From positions 2,234 through 66,233 of the forward strand of contig CAYNFQ010000002.1 of assembly GCA_964396715.1 (NCBI GenBank): a stretch of DNA of 64,000 bases, in the 5' to 3' direction. This stretch comes from an uncultured Gammaproteobacteria bacterium (lineage in GTDB: Bacteria; Patescibacteriota; Microgenomatia; Daviesbacterales; UBA10151). Numbering within the stretch: position 1 is the stretch's first letter; each line of letters begins with the position of its first letter. This document shows positions 36,377 through 45,711 of the stretch, piece after piece. A program made the translations under genes and the position numbers. The notes beneath the pieces were generated by a model, which saw only the letters and a list, made by a program, of their open reading frames with translations, had not been told where the DNA came from and searched no databases.

Positions 36377-37875
36377 GGTTCTCCAAACTGTTCCCCCAGT
36401 CCCAGTATACCAACTCCAATAATCTGAAGCAGCAAAACTGCAAAAATAACAAACAACAGTCCAATTATGGCAGATTGGAACCTGTCTCTTCCTGTCTGTA
36501 AAGTTTCCGGGTTTCCGGCAGAAGTGACCATCTGGAATGCTCCCAAAAGCATCATTAAAAAAGCCAACCCTCCGGAAATTCCCAGAATAAACTTTAAAAA
36601 GTCCTTAATGAATCCCACCGGTGAGGTATGTATACAGCCAATGGCTGTTTGGATGCCTGGATTTTTTGGATCTGCTGTATCACATGGCGTCCCTCCTGCT
36701 GTGGTTGGCGGACCTTGTGGTGTGGTTGTGGTTGGGGTTTGTTGCCCTGATCCTGGTTGAGTTATAACTCCTGTTGGAGCTGGTTGATCAGACACAACTG
36801 TTAGTTGAGCTCCTCCCTGAATGCTTGAGTTACTTAAACTTGTGACAATGATAGAATAAGAACCACCGCTTAACCCGTCTCCGAGTTGTAAATTATAAGT
36901 ACATCCTGGCCCTGAACAACTAAAAGTATTAGCCAGTAGCTTGCTGCTTATTTCAACTTTATAGGTTTCATTTGTTGAGCCGTCAACTAGCTTGATCTGT
37001 ATTGTTCTATTTTTAGAAGCACTTGCTTGTATAGTAGAAGGGTTAATTTCTACTTTTAAAGCAGTTGGAACAGGACCTTTGACTGTGAATGTTTTTTGAA
37101 TTTTATCTGATATTTCTTTTGGTATTGAGAGCGAAGTTACACCAACAACGTATGATTGATTTTCAATAAGGTTACTGCCACTAAGCTCGAATGTAACTAA
37201 TTTAGTTCCGGATACGTAGTCTAAATTTTCATCACCCTTTGTCTCACCTTTTAAAATAGTGCAAGTTTCTTTGTTAGGATCACAAAACAACTTAATATAC
37301 ACAATTGCAGCAGACCCGCCAGCCATTGTTATTCTAATTTCATAATTTGAAGCCAGAGGTTTTGTGAGTGCTACTACTACAATTACTTTTTCTGCTTTAG
37401 TAATTTCTGTTGAGGATAGTTGTATTGTTGGTATACCGATTAGTTTCTCCCAAGCGTAAGAAACCCAACCCGTTTGACCTCCTGCCCTCAGGTCCCAAGT
37501 GTCTTTGTACCCATCTCTTAAAAAAACCCTTGCGGATGTATCAGGTTGTCCATTAATCCACCTGACTACGTTCTTGATCAGAATGTTAGTATTGCCTGTT
37601 GTGCTAGCGTCAAGTTCCCTGACTCCTATACAAGGTCCGTAAGTAAATGGTCCTCTTCTTGGACAATCTCCGTCATGGGGAGTTTCAAATGTATATTTTT
37701 TATCAGGATTTTTTGTTTCAACAGTAATTTGCATATCACTATTGCTCCCGAAACTTGCATTCTCCAAGAGCTCTACTGGTCCGAACAGAATTTTGTCAGC
37801 AGCCATGACAGTGGTAGGTCTAAAAGAAACGAGAGTTAAAAAAATAGCAATTGCAGAAATAAGTATTTTGGACAT
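36373..37875 (-). CDS. Large pilin-like protein (secreted beta-rich N-terminus + C-terminal VirB2-like pilin domain)
   Basis: Signal peptide; C-terminal IQTAIGCI..GAFQMVTSAGNPETLQTGRDRFQSAIIG. Confidence 0.8.
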   Translation of the reverse strand: MSKILISAIAIFLTLVSFRPTTVMAADKILFGPVELLENASFGSNSDMQITVETKNPDKKYTFETPHDGDCPRRGPFTYGPCIGVRELDASTTGNTNILIKNVVRWINGQPDTSARVFLRDGYKDTWDLRAGGQTGWVSYAWEKLIGIPTIQLSSTEITKAEKVIVVVALTKPLASNYEIRITMAGGSAAIVYIKLFCDPNKETCTILKGETKGDENLDYVSGTKLVTFELSGSNLIENQSYVVGVTSLSIPKEISDKIQKTFTVKGPVPTALKVEINPSTIQASASKNRTIQIKLVDGSTNETYKVEISSKLLANTFSCSGPGCTYNLQLGDGLSGGSYSIIVTSLSNSSIQGGAQLTVVSDQPAPTGVITQPGSGQQTPTTTTPQGPPTTAGGTPCDTADPKNPGIQTAIGCIHTSPVGFIKDFLKFILGISGGLAFLMMLLGAFQMVTSAGNPETLQTGRDRFQSAIIGLLFVIFAVLLLQIIGVGILGLGEQFGEP

Positions 37876-37952
37876 TAGTTTCAGCTTACCACAATTATGT
37901 AACTAATTGTGGCTTAGCACATTTTGGCTGGAAATGGTAAAATTTTAAGATT

Positions 37953-39659
37953 ATGCCCCGTTTTCTTGCTGTATTTTTACTTGTTACTTTTGCCTTGTTA
38001 CTTGTTACTTTTCCTGTCCATGCTGATGAAATAGAGGATTTACAAAAGCAAATAAATTCTCTGAATGAGGAATATCAAAGAGTAGAGAAAGCCAAAGCTC
38101 CTTTGGAAGGACAGCTGGATTCCTTAAAAAGGCAGCTGGCCCAAATTCAAGCCACCTTAGACAATTTATCAGCCAATATAACAATAAAACAGCAGGAGCT
38201 GGATTTAAGAGAAGATAAATTGGCTTTCCAGCAGGCCCTTTTGGAGGAAAGAGTCAGGGCATATTATATCCGCTCATACCTGACAGATCCCCTTTTGGTG
38301 ATTCTTTCCTCCTTTAAGGCCGGTGATTTATTCCGCGAGCTATCCTACAGACAAACCGTGACCAGGGAAGACAAACAGGTGATCACCTCCATTACCAACC
38401 AGGTCTTAGATCTTTTAACTGAAAAAGAAAAACTGGAAAAAGATAAAGCCAGGCTCGCTCTTTTACAAGCTGATGTTGATAAAAATGCCAAGTTTTTGGG
38501 AGGGGAAATCACCAAGGCAAAGGTGTATCAGCAAGAATTATCCACAAAAATTGCTCAACTGACTGCCCGCCAGCAGGCAATCATTGCCCAAAGGCAGGCT
38601 GCTTTGGGTCTGCCTACCTCATTAGGTGCAGGTCCACTTTTCTGCACTGATGATAGAAAACTTGACCCGGGCTTTAGACCGGCCTTTGCCTTTTTCACTT
38701 ACGGTATTCCTCACAGAGTGGGTATGAACCAATACGGAGCATACGGCAGATCCCAGGCAGGCCAAAATCATGAAGATATCTTAAGAGCCTACTTTCAGGA
38801 TTTTTCTTTTGAGCAAAGACCTAACATCAATATTTCTGTTTCCGGCTACGGTTCAATGCCTTTGGAAACATATCTTTTGGGGATCTATGAAATGCCGGAC
38901 TCCTGGCCGGCTGAATCCCTCAAAGCTCAAGCTATTGCTGCCCGCTCTTATGCCTTATCCTATACCAACAACGGTTCCAAGGAAATTTGTACCACTCAAC
39001 AGTGTCAGGTTTACAAGGGTGGCAATAAAGGAGGCAATTGGGAACAGGCAGTAAAAGCAACTGAAGGCAAAACTATGATCTCAGGTGGCTCGCCTGTTAC
39101 TGCCTGGTATTCTTCAACAGACGGCGGGTACACATACACAGCCTCGGATATTGGCTGGGGAGGACGCTCTTTTACCAAAAGGTTAAGGGATACAAGCGGG
39201 GATATAGGTAGTTTTGGGGATCTTTCTTCCAAAGCTTATGACCGTGATTCCCCTTGTTTTTATGCGGCCCAGGGCTTTAGGCCTGAGTATGCAAAGTCTG
39301 CCTGGCTAAAATCAGAAGAGGTAGCGGATATTGCCAATGTGGTAATGCTTGTCAAAAGAGATAGCGGGGTTTCTGCGCATATTTACCAGACAGATAAACC
39401 TAATCCCGAGGGAGGGGAAACATGGAATGCGGATAGGGTCAAGGAGGAGTTAAGAAATAAAGGGGGCACTCCCTTTAACAGCGTATCAGGGGTATCTGTG
39501 GGGGTGGATTTCGGATCCGGCATGGTCACATCTGTCACAGTTTCAGGGGACAGGGGCTCTGAAACATTTAACGGGTCAGAATTTAAAAACTTCTTTAATC
39601 TTCGTGCCCCTGCCAATATCCAAATAGTAGGACCGCTCTTCAACGTTGAGACAAAATAA
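37953..39659 (+). CDS. SpoIID/LytB-domain protein with N-terminal coiled coil
   Basis: LETYLLGIYEMPDSWPAESLKAQAIAARSYA, CTTQQCQVY and HRVGMNQYGA motifs. Confidence 0.88.
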   Translation: MPRFLAVFLLVTFALLLVTFPVHADEIEDLQKQINSLNEEYQRVEKAKAPLEGQLDSLKRQLAQIQATLDNLSANITIKQQELDLREDKLAFQQALLEERVRAYYIRSYLTDPLLVILSSFKAGDLFRELSYRQTVTREDKQVITSITNQVLDLLTEKEKLEKDKARLALLQADVDKNAKFLGGEITKAKVYQQELSTKIAQLTARQQAIIAQRQAALGLPTSLGAGPLFCTDDRKLDPGFRPAFAFFTYGIPHRVGMNQYGAYGRSQAGQNHEDILRAYFQDFSFEQRPNINISVSGYGSMPLETYLLGIYEMPDSWPAESLKAQAIAARSYALSYTNNGSKEICTTQQCQVYKGGNKGGNWEQAVKATEGKTMISGGSPVTAWYSSTDGGYTYTASDIGWGGRSFTKRLRDTSGDIGSFGDLSSKAYDRDSPCFYAAQGFRPEYAKSAWLKSEEVADIANVVMLVKRDSGVSAHIYQTDKPNPEGGETWNADRVKEELRNKGGTPFNSVSGVSVGVDFGSGMVTSVTVSGDRGSETFNGSEFKNFFNLRAPANIQIVGPLFNVETK

Positions 39660-39760
39660 ATTTCAAATATCAAATGTCAAATGAAATCTAAATGCCAAAT
39701 TTTTAAAATATTTGGATTTTAACATTGATTTGTCATTTGGATTTTGTCATTTGGATTTTT
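39655..39760. repeat. 7-bp-periodic hairpin (CAAAT/ATTTG type)
   Basis: caaatatcaaatgtcaaatgaaatctaaatgccaaat...atttgtcatttggattttgtcatttggatt. Confidence 0.88.
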
Positions 39761-40333
39761 ATGGAGTATACTCCAATCATCATGTTCTCATCCTATGTTG
39801 AAAATCCCTCAAACTGCCGTTTTGAGGGCCAGGACACTGATGAAAAGATTCTTTTGCTTTTAAGGGCCCACCCCATCACCAATTTAAGATGGATAATGCC
39901 TGCGATTTTACTTTTCTTTGCCCCATTTTTTATACAGGAAATTTTTTTACTTCTGAATTTAGATTTATCAAAAGTACCGGAAACTTTTGCCATAGTTTTT
40001 TTAATCATTAACTATCTTCTGGTTTTAACTATTGTATTTGAAGGATTTTTATACTGGTACTTTAATGTCTACATTGTCACTGATAAAAATATTGTGGATG
40101 TGGATTTTCACTCCATTCTATTTAAAAATATTGATGTGGCCCCCTTAAGAAACATTGAGGATACCTCATCATCAATGGGTGGAATTTTGCATGCCGTCTT
40201 TCACTATGGTGATGTTTTTATTCAAACAGCCGGAGCATCCAGAAATATTGATTTCATATCTGTGCCAAGACCGCACCATGTGGCTGATTTTATCTTGGAT
40301 GAAGCACACAAAATTTATGGAAGGGGGACGTGA
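39761..40333 (+). CDS. Membrane protein with bacterial PH domain
   Basis: FEGQDTDEKILLLLRAHP, WYFNVYIVTDKNIVD and YGDVFIQTAG motifs; start moved past the repeat. Confidence 0.8.
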   Translation: MEYTPIIMFSSYVENPSNCRFEGQDTDEKILLLLRAHPITNLRWIMPAILLFFAPFFIQEIFLLLNLDLSKVPETFAIVFLIINYLLVLTIVFEGFLYWYFNVYIVTDKNIVDVDFHSILFKNIDVAPLRNIEDTSSSMGGILHAVFHYGDVFIQTAGASRNIDFISVPRPHHVADFILDEAHKIYGRGT

Positions 40334-40569
40334 TGCCTACTACCACCCCGATTAATTTTTTTGATTCAGAGGCAGTTTTGATATTTTTAAAGATCGCCAT
40401 TTTGATAATTTTGCTTTTTTACGCTATATTTGCTCTGATGGTTGTCAGACAAGTGGATTTGATGAATCAGACTTTGATTACTAAAATATCAGCTATCCTT
40501 AAAGTCTTTTCTATAGTTCATGCCGGAGTTGCCATCGGGCTAATTATTTTAGCCTGGGGAATACTATGA
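40330..40569 (+). CDS. Small membrane protein (DUF5657-like)
   Basis: YAIFALMVVRQVDLMNQTL; coupled to both neighbours. Confidence 0.65.
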   Translation: MMPTTTPINFFDSEAVLIFLKIAILIILLFYAIFALMVVRQVDLMNQTLITKISAILKVFSIVHAGVAIGLIILAWGIL

Positions 40570-42374
40570 ACTTAAAGATAGCTCAAGTTATTGGGCTCAA
40601 CACTGACCAGAAAGCTGCCCAGGTGCTTTCTTCGCAACAGGAAGAAAAGGGCACTTTTTTGGCAGTTTGCGAACTGGTCTGTGATGATGCTTTTACCCGC
40701 GGCAGGCAGATTCTGTCCGATCTTTTGGATTTCTATTTTGAATTTGAAGGTTCAATACCGGAAAAACTGAATGCTGCTTTCAAGGAGGCTGAAGCGAAAC
40801 TTTTAGAAATTGACGGTGTTAATTTGGTGCTTTCGGCAATTTCAGGTAAAGCTTTATACTTAATAGCCCGCGGGCAGGTTGAGGTTTACCTGAAAAGAGA
40901 GGACAAACTCTCGTCACTGTTGTCTGTCGGAAGGCAGGCTCAGTTAATCTCGGGTTTTCTCAAGGAAGGCGACAGGCTGCTTTTTGCCACAAAAAACCTA
41001 ATCACTTTTTTAGGTGCGGATTTAGCCAAATCTTTGGATCTGCCGATAGAAACGTTTGAGGAAGAGATTTCGGATAGGGTGGGGGCTTCTGATTTGGAGA
41101 ATCAGGGACTGGCAGCTCTGGCTTTGGAGGTTGAAGCGGATCAAGAGGCGGCCATTGAAAATTTGGAAGAGAAGGAAACTGCCGGTATTCAGAAATCTTC
41201 TAAAATTTCAATAGTTAAAAATATCGGCTTCAATCTTGTCGGTTTTATCTTAAAATCCGGAAAATATTTCCCCAAAGGGGGCAGGGAAAGGCTGATTTTG
41301 GCGGTAGTTTTGATCATGATATTAGTGGCTGGTTTGGGCTTTAAATATATCAGTTCCAAAAATGAGCAAAAACAGGCTCAATTTCAAAAAATTTTACAAG
41401 AGGCACAAGATGATTTTAATGGGGCCAAGGGTTTAACCACACTTTCTCCTGCCGAGGCCAAAGCAAGATTGGATGCTGCCAAAGAAAAAATTAACAAAGC
41501 GCTCAATCTGGATGCCAAGAACAAAAATGCCCTGGATTTAAAACAGCAAATAGAAGAACAGTCAAGCTCAATTTTACAGCAGGTTTCCGTTGCCCAGTTC
41601 CCGGAATTTTTAGATATGGATTTGGTTAAAAAAAACTTCAGGGCTAAGAGTTTGAGTTTGTCGGCAGGCAAACTGCTGCTTTTAGATCCTGCGGTTAAAA
41701 CCTTAGGTTTAGTGGATACTGCCAAAAAAAGCAACCAGATTCTGGCAGGAGAAAGCCAGCTTGGGGATGGGCTTTTTGCTTCTTTGAATGGTGAAATGGC
41801 CTTTGTCTACTCCCAGGATAAGGGTTTACTCAGGATTGATTCTACCAATCAAAAAGTGACAACTGTTTCCCAAAATGATGAAGGCTGGGGGGATATCTTG
41901 GATATGTATGGTTTTGCCGGCAATATTTACTTGTTAGACTCTCTCAAAAACCAAATATGGAAATACTTGCCAACTGCTGAGGGATATTCGGATAAGAGAG
42001 AATACTTGACGAAAGATACGAAGGTAGATTTGGCAAATGCCCTCAGAATGCAGATTGAATCTTCTGTCTATATTTTGAAGCAAGGTGGAGAAATTTTAAG
42101 ATTTACCAGGGGGGCAAAAGACAACTTTGGTTTAGAGGGTTTACCTTCAGGAGTAAAAGACCCAAAAAGTTTCTTTGTTTCATCAGACACAGATAATTTA
42201 TATGTCTTGGATTCGGGTAATTCCAGGCTGCTGATCTTGACCAAAATTGGAGCTTACAAAGGGCAGATGGCAGGAGAAAAATTTGGTTCAGCTTCTGATT
42301 TGGTGGTGGATGAGAAGGGGAAGAAAGTGTATCTTTTAGAAGGAAGCAAGATATTTCAAGTGGACTTGAAATAG
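40566..42374 (+). CDS. Membrane protein with degenerate PP2C-like N-terminus and extracellular beta-propeller
   Basis: GQVEVYLKRE..ISGFLKEGDRLLFAT; central TM; NIYLLD/NLYVLD repeats. Confidence 0.65.
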   Translation: MNLKIAQVIGLNTDQKAAQVLSSQQEEKGTFLAVCELVCDDAFTRGRQILSDLLDFYFEFEGSIPEKLNAAFKEAEAKLLEIDGVNLVLSAISGKALYLIARGQVEVYLKREDKLSSLLSVGRQAQLISGFLKEGDRLLFATKNLITFLGADLAKSLDLPIETFEEEISDRVGASDLENQGLAALALEVEADQEAAIENLEEKETAGIQKSSKISIVKNIGFNLVGFILKSGKYFPKGGRERLILAVVLIMILVAGLGFKYISSKNEQKQAQFQKILQEAQDDFNGAKGLTTLSPAEAKARLDAAKEKINKALNLDAKNKNALDLKQQIEEQSSSILQQVSVAQFPEFLDMDLVKKNFRAKSLSLSAGKLLLLDPAVKTLGLVDTAKKSNQILAGESQLGDGLFASLNGEMAFVYSQDKGLLRIDSTNQKVTTVSQNDEGWGDILDMYGFAGNIYLLDSLKNQIWKYLPTAEGYSDKREYLTKDTKVDLANALRMQIESSVYILKQGGEILRFTRGAKDNFGLEGLPSGVKDPKSFFVSSDTDNLYVLDSGNSRLLILTKIGAYKGQMAGEKFGSASDLVVDEKGKKVYLLEGSKIFQVDLK

Positions 42375-42446
42375 TGATTAGCGTTTAGGGTACAGCGTAT
42401 AGTTGAATTTGAATAACTAAACGCTATACGCTATTCTCTATACGCT
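42372..42446. repeat. Empty 7-bp-periodic hairpin (TAGCGTA type) before smpB
   Basis: tagcgtttagggtacagcgtatagttgaatttgaataactaaacgctatacgctattctctatacgct; close to 20215-20295. Confidence 0.9.
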
Positions 42447-42447
42447 T

Positions 42448-42885
42448 ATGAAGATAATTAACAAAAAAGCCCTTCATAATTATCATATCCTGGAATCTCT
42501 GGAAGCAGGTATAGTTCTATCCGGAGGAGAAGTGAAATCTATCAGGGGTGGAAGGTTGGATTTAGGGGAATCTCATGTCAGAGTTTTAGGGTCTGAAGCT
42601 TTTTTAATAAATGCCCACATTCCTCCATATCAGGGATCATATGAAGGTTACGATCCGCAAAGATCAAGAAAACTGCTTTTGCATAAAACTCAAATAAACT
42701 CACTTATTGGTAAGGTATCAAAAGGGGGAATAACTTTAGTTCCAGTCTCAATTTATGAAAAAAACAACAGGTTTAAGGTGGAAATAGGTTTAGCAAAGAG
42801 CAAAAAAGAGTTTGACAAGCGCCGGGGGATTAAAGAAAAAGATCAGATAAGACGTGTGGAGCAGGAGCTTCGCGGTAAAGAATAA
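42448..42885 (+). CDS. smpB: SsrA-binding protein
   Basis: NKKALHNY..LEAGIVLSGGEVKSIR, RSRKLLLHK and KKEFDKR motifs. Confidence 0.97.
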   Translation: MKIINKKALHNYHILESLEAGIVLSGGEVKSIRGGRLDLGESHVRVLGSEAFLINAHIPPYQGSYEGYDPQRSRKLLLHKTQINSLIGKVSKGGITLVPVSIYEKNNRFKVEIGLAKSKKEFDKRRGIKEKDQIRRVEQELRGKE

Positions 42886-42909
42886 ATTTAGTATAAAAGT
42901 AAGTTGTAC

Positions 42910-42938
42910 TTGATGCAATTATTATATTACTCTATAAT
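42910..42938 (+). promoter_or_regulatory. Sigma70-type promoter of the TA operon
   Basis: TTGATG-N17-TATAAT; AGGAGG SD downstream. Confidence 0.65.
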
Positions 42939-42966
42939 ATAGAAAGTTAGAAAGGAGGAAATTCTT

Positions 42967-43224
42967 ATGCAGCAATTTTATCAGGAGGAAATTGTCAAAA
43001 TTCAACCAAAGGGTTTAGTAACTATCCCCAAAAAATTCCGTAATGAATTAGGTTTTGCAGAAAATAGTTTGGTGAGAATTAAAGAAGAGAAAGGAAGATT
43101 AGTGATGGAGGCTGTGCGTACTCTCTCCTATCCTGTTAGAAGTTATACAGATTCGGAGATTGATCAGTTTTTTGAGCTTGATGAAAAAGAATCAAAGGAT
43201 TTGAGAAAAAAGGGGTTGTTGTAG
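42967..43224 (+). CDS. AbrB/MazE-type antitoxin
   Basis: KGLVTIPKKFRNELG motif. Confidence 0.88.
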   Translation: MQQFYQEEIVKIQPKGLVTIPKKFRNELGFAENSLVRIKEEKGRLVMEAVRTLSYPVRSYTDSEIDQFFELDEKESKDLRKKGLL

Positions 43225-43649
43225 TGGCGAAGAGAACCCCGTCTGTCTTATTTAATGCCTCAGTTATTTTAGCAGGTTTTAAATCTCCAACAGGTGGTTC
43301 AGCTAAGGTGATCTCATGGGTTGAAGAAGGAAAAATCAAAGGGGTAATCTCCGAAGTAATCTTAGATGAAATTTTAAGAAATGCTCAAAAAATTAGCTTT
43401 GATAGAATGAAATTGAATAAAAAAATTGAGAAAAATTTTAAGATAAGGACAGCACCAAAACAAGAAACTGTAGATCAATTTAAAAGTATTGTTTTGAATT
43501 TTGGAGATGCTCATGTATTGGCATCATGTCAAGAATCCAAAGCAGATTTTCTGGTGACACTAGATCGAAAACATCTGTTAGTTTTAAAAAATCAAATAAA
43601 AAAATTTAAGATATTTACTCCCGGGCAGTTAATTGAGATTTTAAGTTAG
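43224..43649 (+). CDS. PIN-domain putative toxin
   Basis: VLFNASVILAG, ILDEILRN and DAHVLASC..ADFLVTLDRKHL; first PIN Asp appears replaced by Asn. Confidence 0.85.
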   Translation: MAKRTPSVLFNASVILAGFKSPTGGSAKVISWVEEGKIKGVISEVILDEILRNAQKISFDRMKLNKKIEKNFKIRTAPKQETVDQFKSIVLNFGDAHVLASCQESKADFLVTLDRKHLLVLKNQIKKFKIFTPGQLIEILS

Positions 43650-43674
43650 GTAATAACACTGACTTAGAATAATG

Positions 43675-44099
43675 GGTGGAGATGGGCGGTTTGAACCGCC
43701 GTCCAAAATTGTGACTTTTAAAACTTCTACAAGCTTATCTTTACTATATTTTTGAGTGTTAATTTGTAACCGTAAAGAAGGAAGATTAACACTTAATCCA
43801 AATTTCTTGGTTCTGATTATGGATTAGATATCAGAAGCTGCATCCTGACTGGGTACATTACTTTAGGTTCTAGCCAGAAAAAGAATTCTAAAATAGATGC
43901 TTTAAGTTCTAGCGTATGCAACAGGAGTAAATACTCCAGTTACACCTGCAAAAAGTTTTGCAACTTCTTGCTCTGCCATTGCTTTGGCATCACGGACAAG
44001 TTTATTGCCGTTTGTTGTTTGAAACAGTATTTTACGTTTAATGTTTCCTTAACAGCTTGCAGTTTTTAAAGAGCAATCCTGTCGAGACTATACATCCCC
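43675..44099 (-). ncRNA. ssrA: tmRNA
   Basis: 5' GGGGATGTATAGTCTCGAC; 3' GACGGCGGTTCAAACCGCCCATCTCCACC; G3:U pair; internal tag frame; near smpB. Confidence 0.93.
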
Positions 44100-44142
44100 A
44101 GGTCATTATATTACCATATGATCAGATCAGAAGCAAATTTTA

Positions 44143-44841
44143 ATGAACTTTTTATTAGATATTTTATTTTCCAAAAAATGCGTAGGCTGTAAAAAAGAGG
44201 GTAGCTATTTTTGTCAGGGTTGTGTCTTAAATATTTTGCAAACAGATTTGGTTTGTCCAAGATGCGAAAAATTGGCAGTCGGAGGCCAGACCCACCCTAT
44301 TTGCCAAAGAAAATATGGTTTAGACGGGCTTTGGAGTTTAGGGATTTATAAGGATCCTCTGCGATCCGCCATCCAGCAGCTTAAATATAAAGGGGTTAAA
44401 GAGCTGGCAGAAATTCTGGTCAATATAACCTTGGAGTATTGGGCAAAATACCAGCCTTTTATTTTAGACCAAATAAAAAGGGACAGAGGAAAAGGCTGGG
44501 TGGTGATACCTGTTCCTTTGCATTGGTGGAGAGCTAACAGCAGGGGATTTAACCAGGCATCTCTTATAGGACAAATTTTATCCAAAAAATTAGGTTTGGA
44601 CTATTGTGATGGGTTAAAACGTATTCGTTACACCAGGTCTCAGGTAAAACTAAAAGGCAAACAGAGAAAGAAAAATATTTCTGGTGCTTTTGGGGTGACT
44701 TCTAACTATACCCTATACCCTAAACCCTACACCCTACTCATTGACGATGTCTGGACTACTGGTTCAACTTTAAAAGAATGCTGCTATGTTTTAAAAAGAA
44801 ACGGTGCCAAAAAGGTTTGGGCCCTAACTTTGGCTAGATAG
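44143..44841 (+). CDS. comF: ComF family competence protein (Zn finger + PRTase)
   Basis: CVGC/CQGC/CPRC; PVPLH..RGFNQA and LLIDDVWTTGSTL motifs. Confidence 0.92.
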   Translation: MNFLLDILFSKKCVGCKKEGSYFCQGCVLNILQTDLVCPRCEKLAVGGQTHPICQRKYGLDGLWSLGIYKDPLRSAIQQLKYKGVKELAEILVNITLEYWAKYQPFILDQIKRDRGKGWVVIPVPLHWWRANSRGFNQASLIGQILSKKLGLDYCDGLKRIRYTRSQVKLKGKQRKKNISGAFGVTSNYTLYPKPYTLLIDDVWTTGSTLKECCYVLKRNGAKKVWALTLAR

Positions 44842-44872
44842 TGAATCCCCGTTCTGGTAAAATGAGGCAATT

Positions 44873-44962
44873 GGAGGAGTCGCATAGTGGCCGAGTGCCG
44901 CGCAGTGCTAATGCGCTATACCTGTAAGGGTATCGTGGGTTCGAATCCCACCTCCTCCGCCA
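44873..44962 (+). tRNA. tRNA-Ser(GCT)
   Basis: GGAGGAG/CTCCTCC acceptor, GCGCA-GTGCTAA-TGCGC anticodon arm, long variable arm, encoded CCA. Confidence 0.93.
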
Positions 44963-44989
44963 GGTTATAACCCTGAGTGTAATCGAAGG

Positions 44990-45077
44990 GGAGAGGTCGC
45001 CTAGCGGTTTTATGGCGGAAGTCTTGAAAACTTCTAGGGGCGCAAGTCCCTCGTGGGTTCGAATCCCACCCTCTCCG
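44990..45077 (+). tRNA. tRNA-Ser(TGA)
   Basis: GGAGAGG/CCTCTCC acceptor, GAAGT-CTTGAAA-ACTTC arm, long variable arm. Confidence 0.93.
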
Positions 45078-45125
45078 CAGATTCAGATACTTGACTGGTT
45101 ATCCGCCAGGGCGTACAGTAAAATC

Positions 45126-45710
45126 ATGAGGCAAACGTCTGTCCTGGTGCCGATCAGTTTGTCGGCTGTAGTCGTTGCAACCTATGTTCTTCGCAGAACA
45201 CTTCAAGAAACCGGCTTTCCAATTGACCCTTATTACGCCATTCTTTTTGCCTTACCAATTTTCCTTATTCTTTTCAAAAAATTCTCTTTCGCTGATTTAG
45301 GGTTTAGAGTAGGTAAACCCCTTGTTGGAATATTTTTTATATTCTTAATTCCGGTAATTTTATATTTAAGATGGTATTTTATGGGACGTCAATTCATTTT
45401 GCCTGTGGATTTACCATTAATGCTTTTGATTGGTTCTTTTGCCGAAGAATTTTTCTTCCGGGGGTACCTGCAGGAAGATTTTAAAAAAAGATTTGGCGGG
45501 AATATCTGGATCAGTTTGGTTATTACCAATATTATTTTTGCCTCGGTTCACTTGGTTAAAGGTTATTCTTTGCCGGCTGCTGGTATAACTGGGCTGATAG
45601 GTACTTATTTTGGGATTACCAAAGATGAGCAAGGAGGAAATTCTTTGTTTTACTCCATGGCTGCTCATGGTTTATATAACTTAATTGCTATTTCTGTAAT
45701 GCCATTATAG
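45126..45710 (+). CDS. CPBP (CAAX protease-like) intramembrane metalloprotease
   Basis: AEEFFFRGYLQ, FASVH and HGLYN motifs; start at ATG 45126 after TTGACT-N17-TACAGT. Confidence 0.88.
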   Translation: MRQTSVLVPISLSAVVVATYVLRRTLQETGFPIDPYYAILFALPIFLILFKKFSFADLGFRVGKPLVGIFFIFLIPVILYLRWYFMGRQFILPVDLPLMLLIGSFAEEFFFRGYLQEDFKKRFGGNIWISLVITNIIFASVHLVKGYSLPAAGITGLIGTYFGITKDEQGGNSLFYSMAAHGLYNLIAISVMPL

Positions 45711-45711
45711 T

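Noticed and set aside
45012-45125. N-terminal extension of the CPBP ORF
   Set aside because: It overlaps tRNA-Ser(TGA); ATG 45126 is the better start
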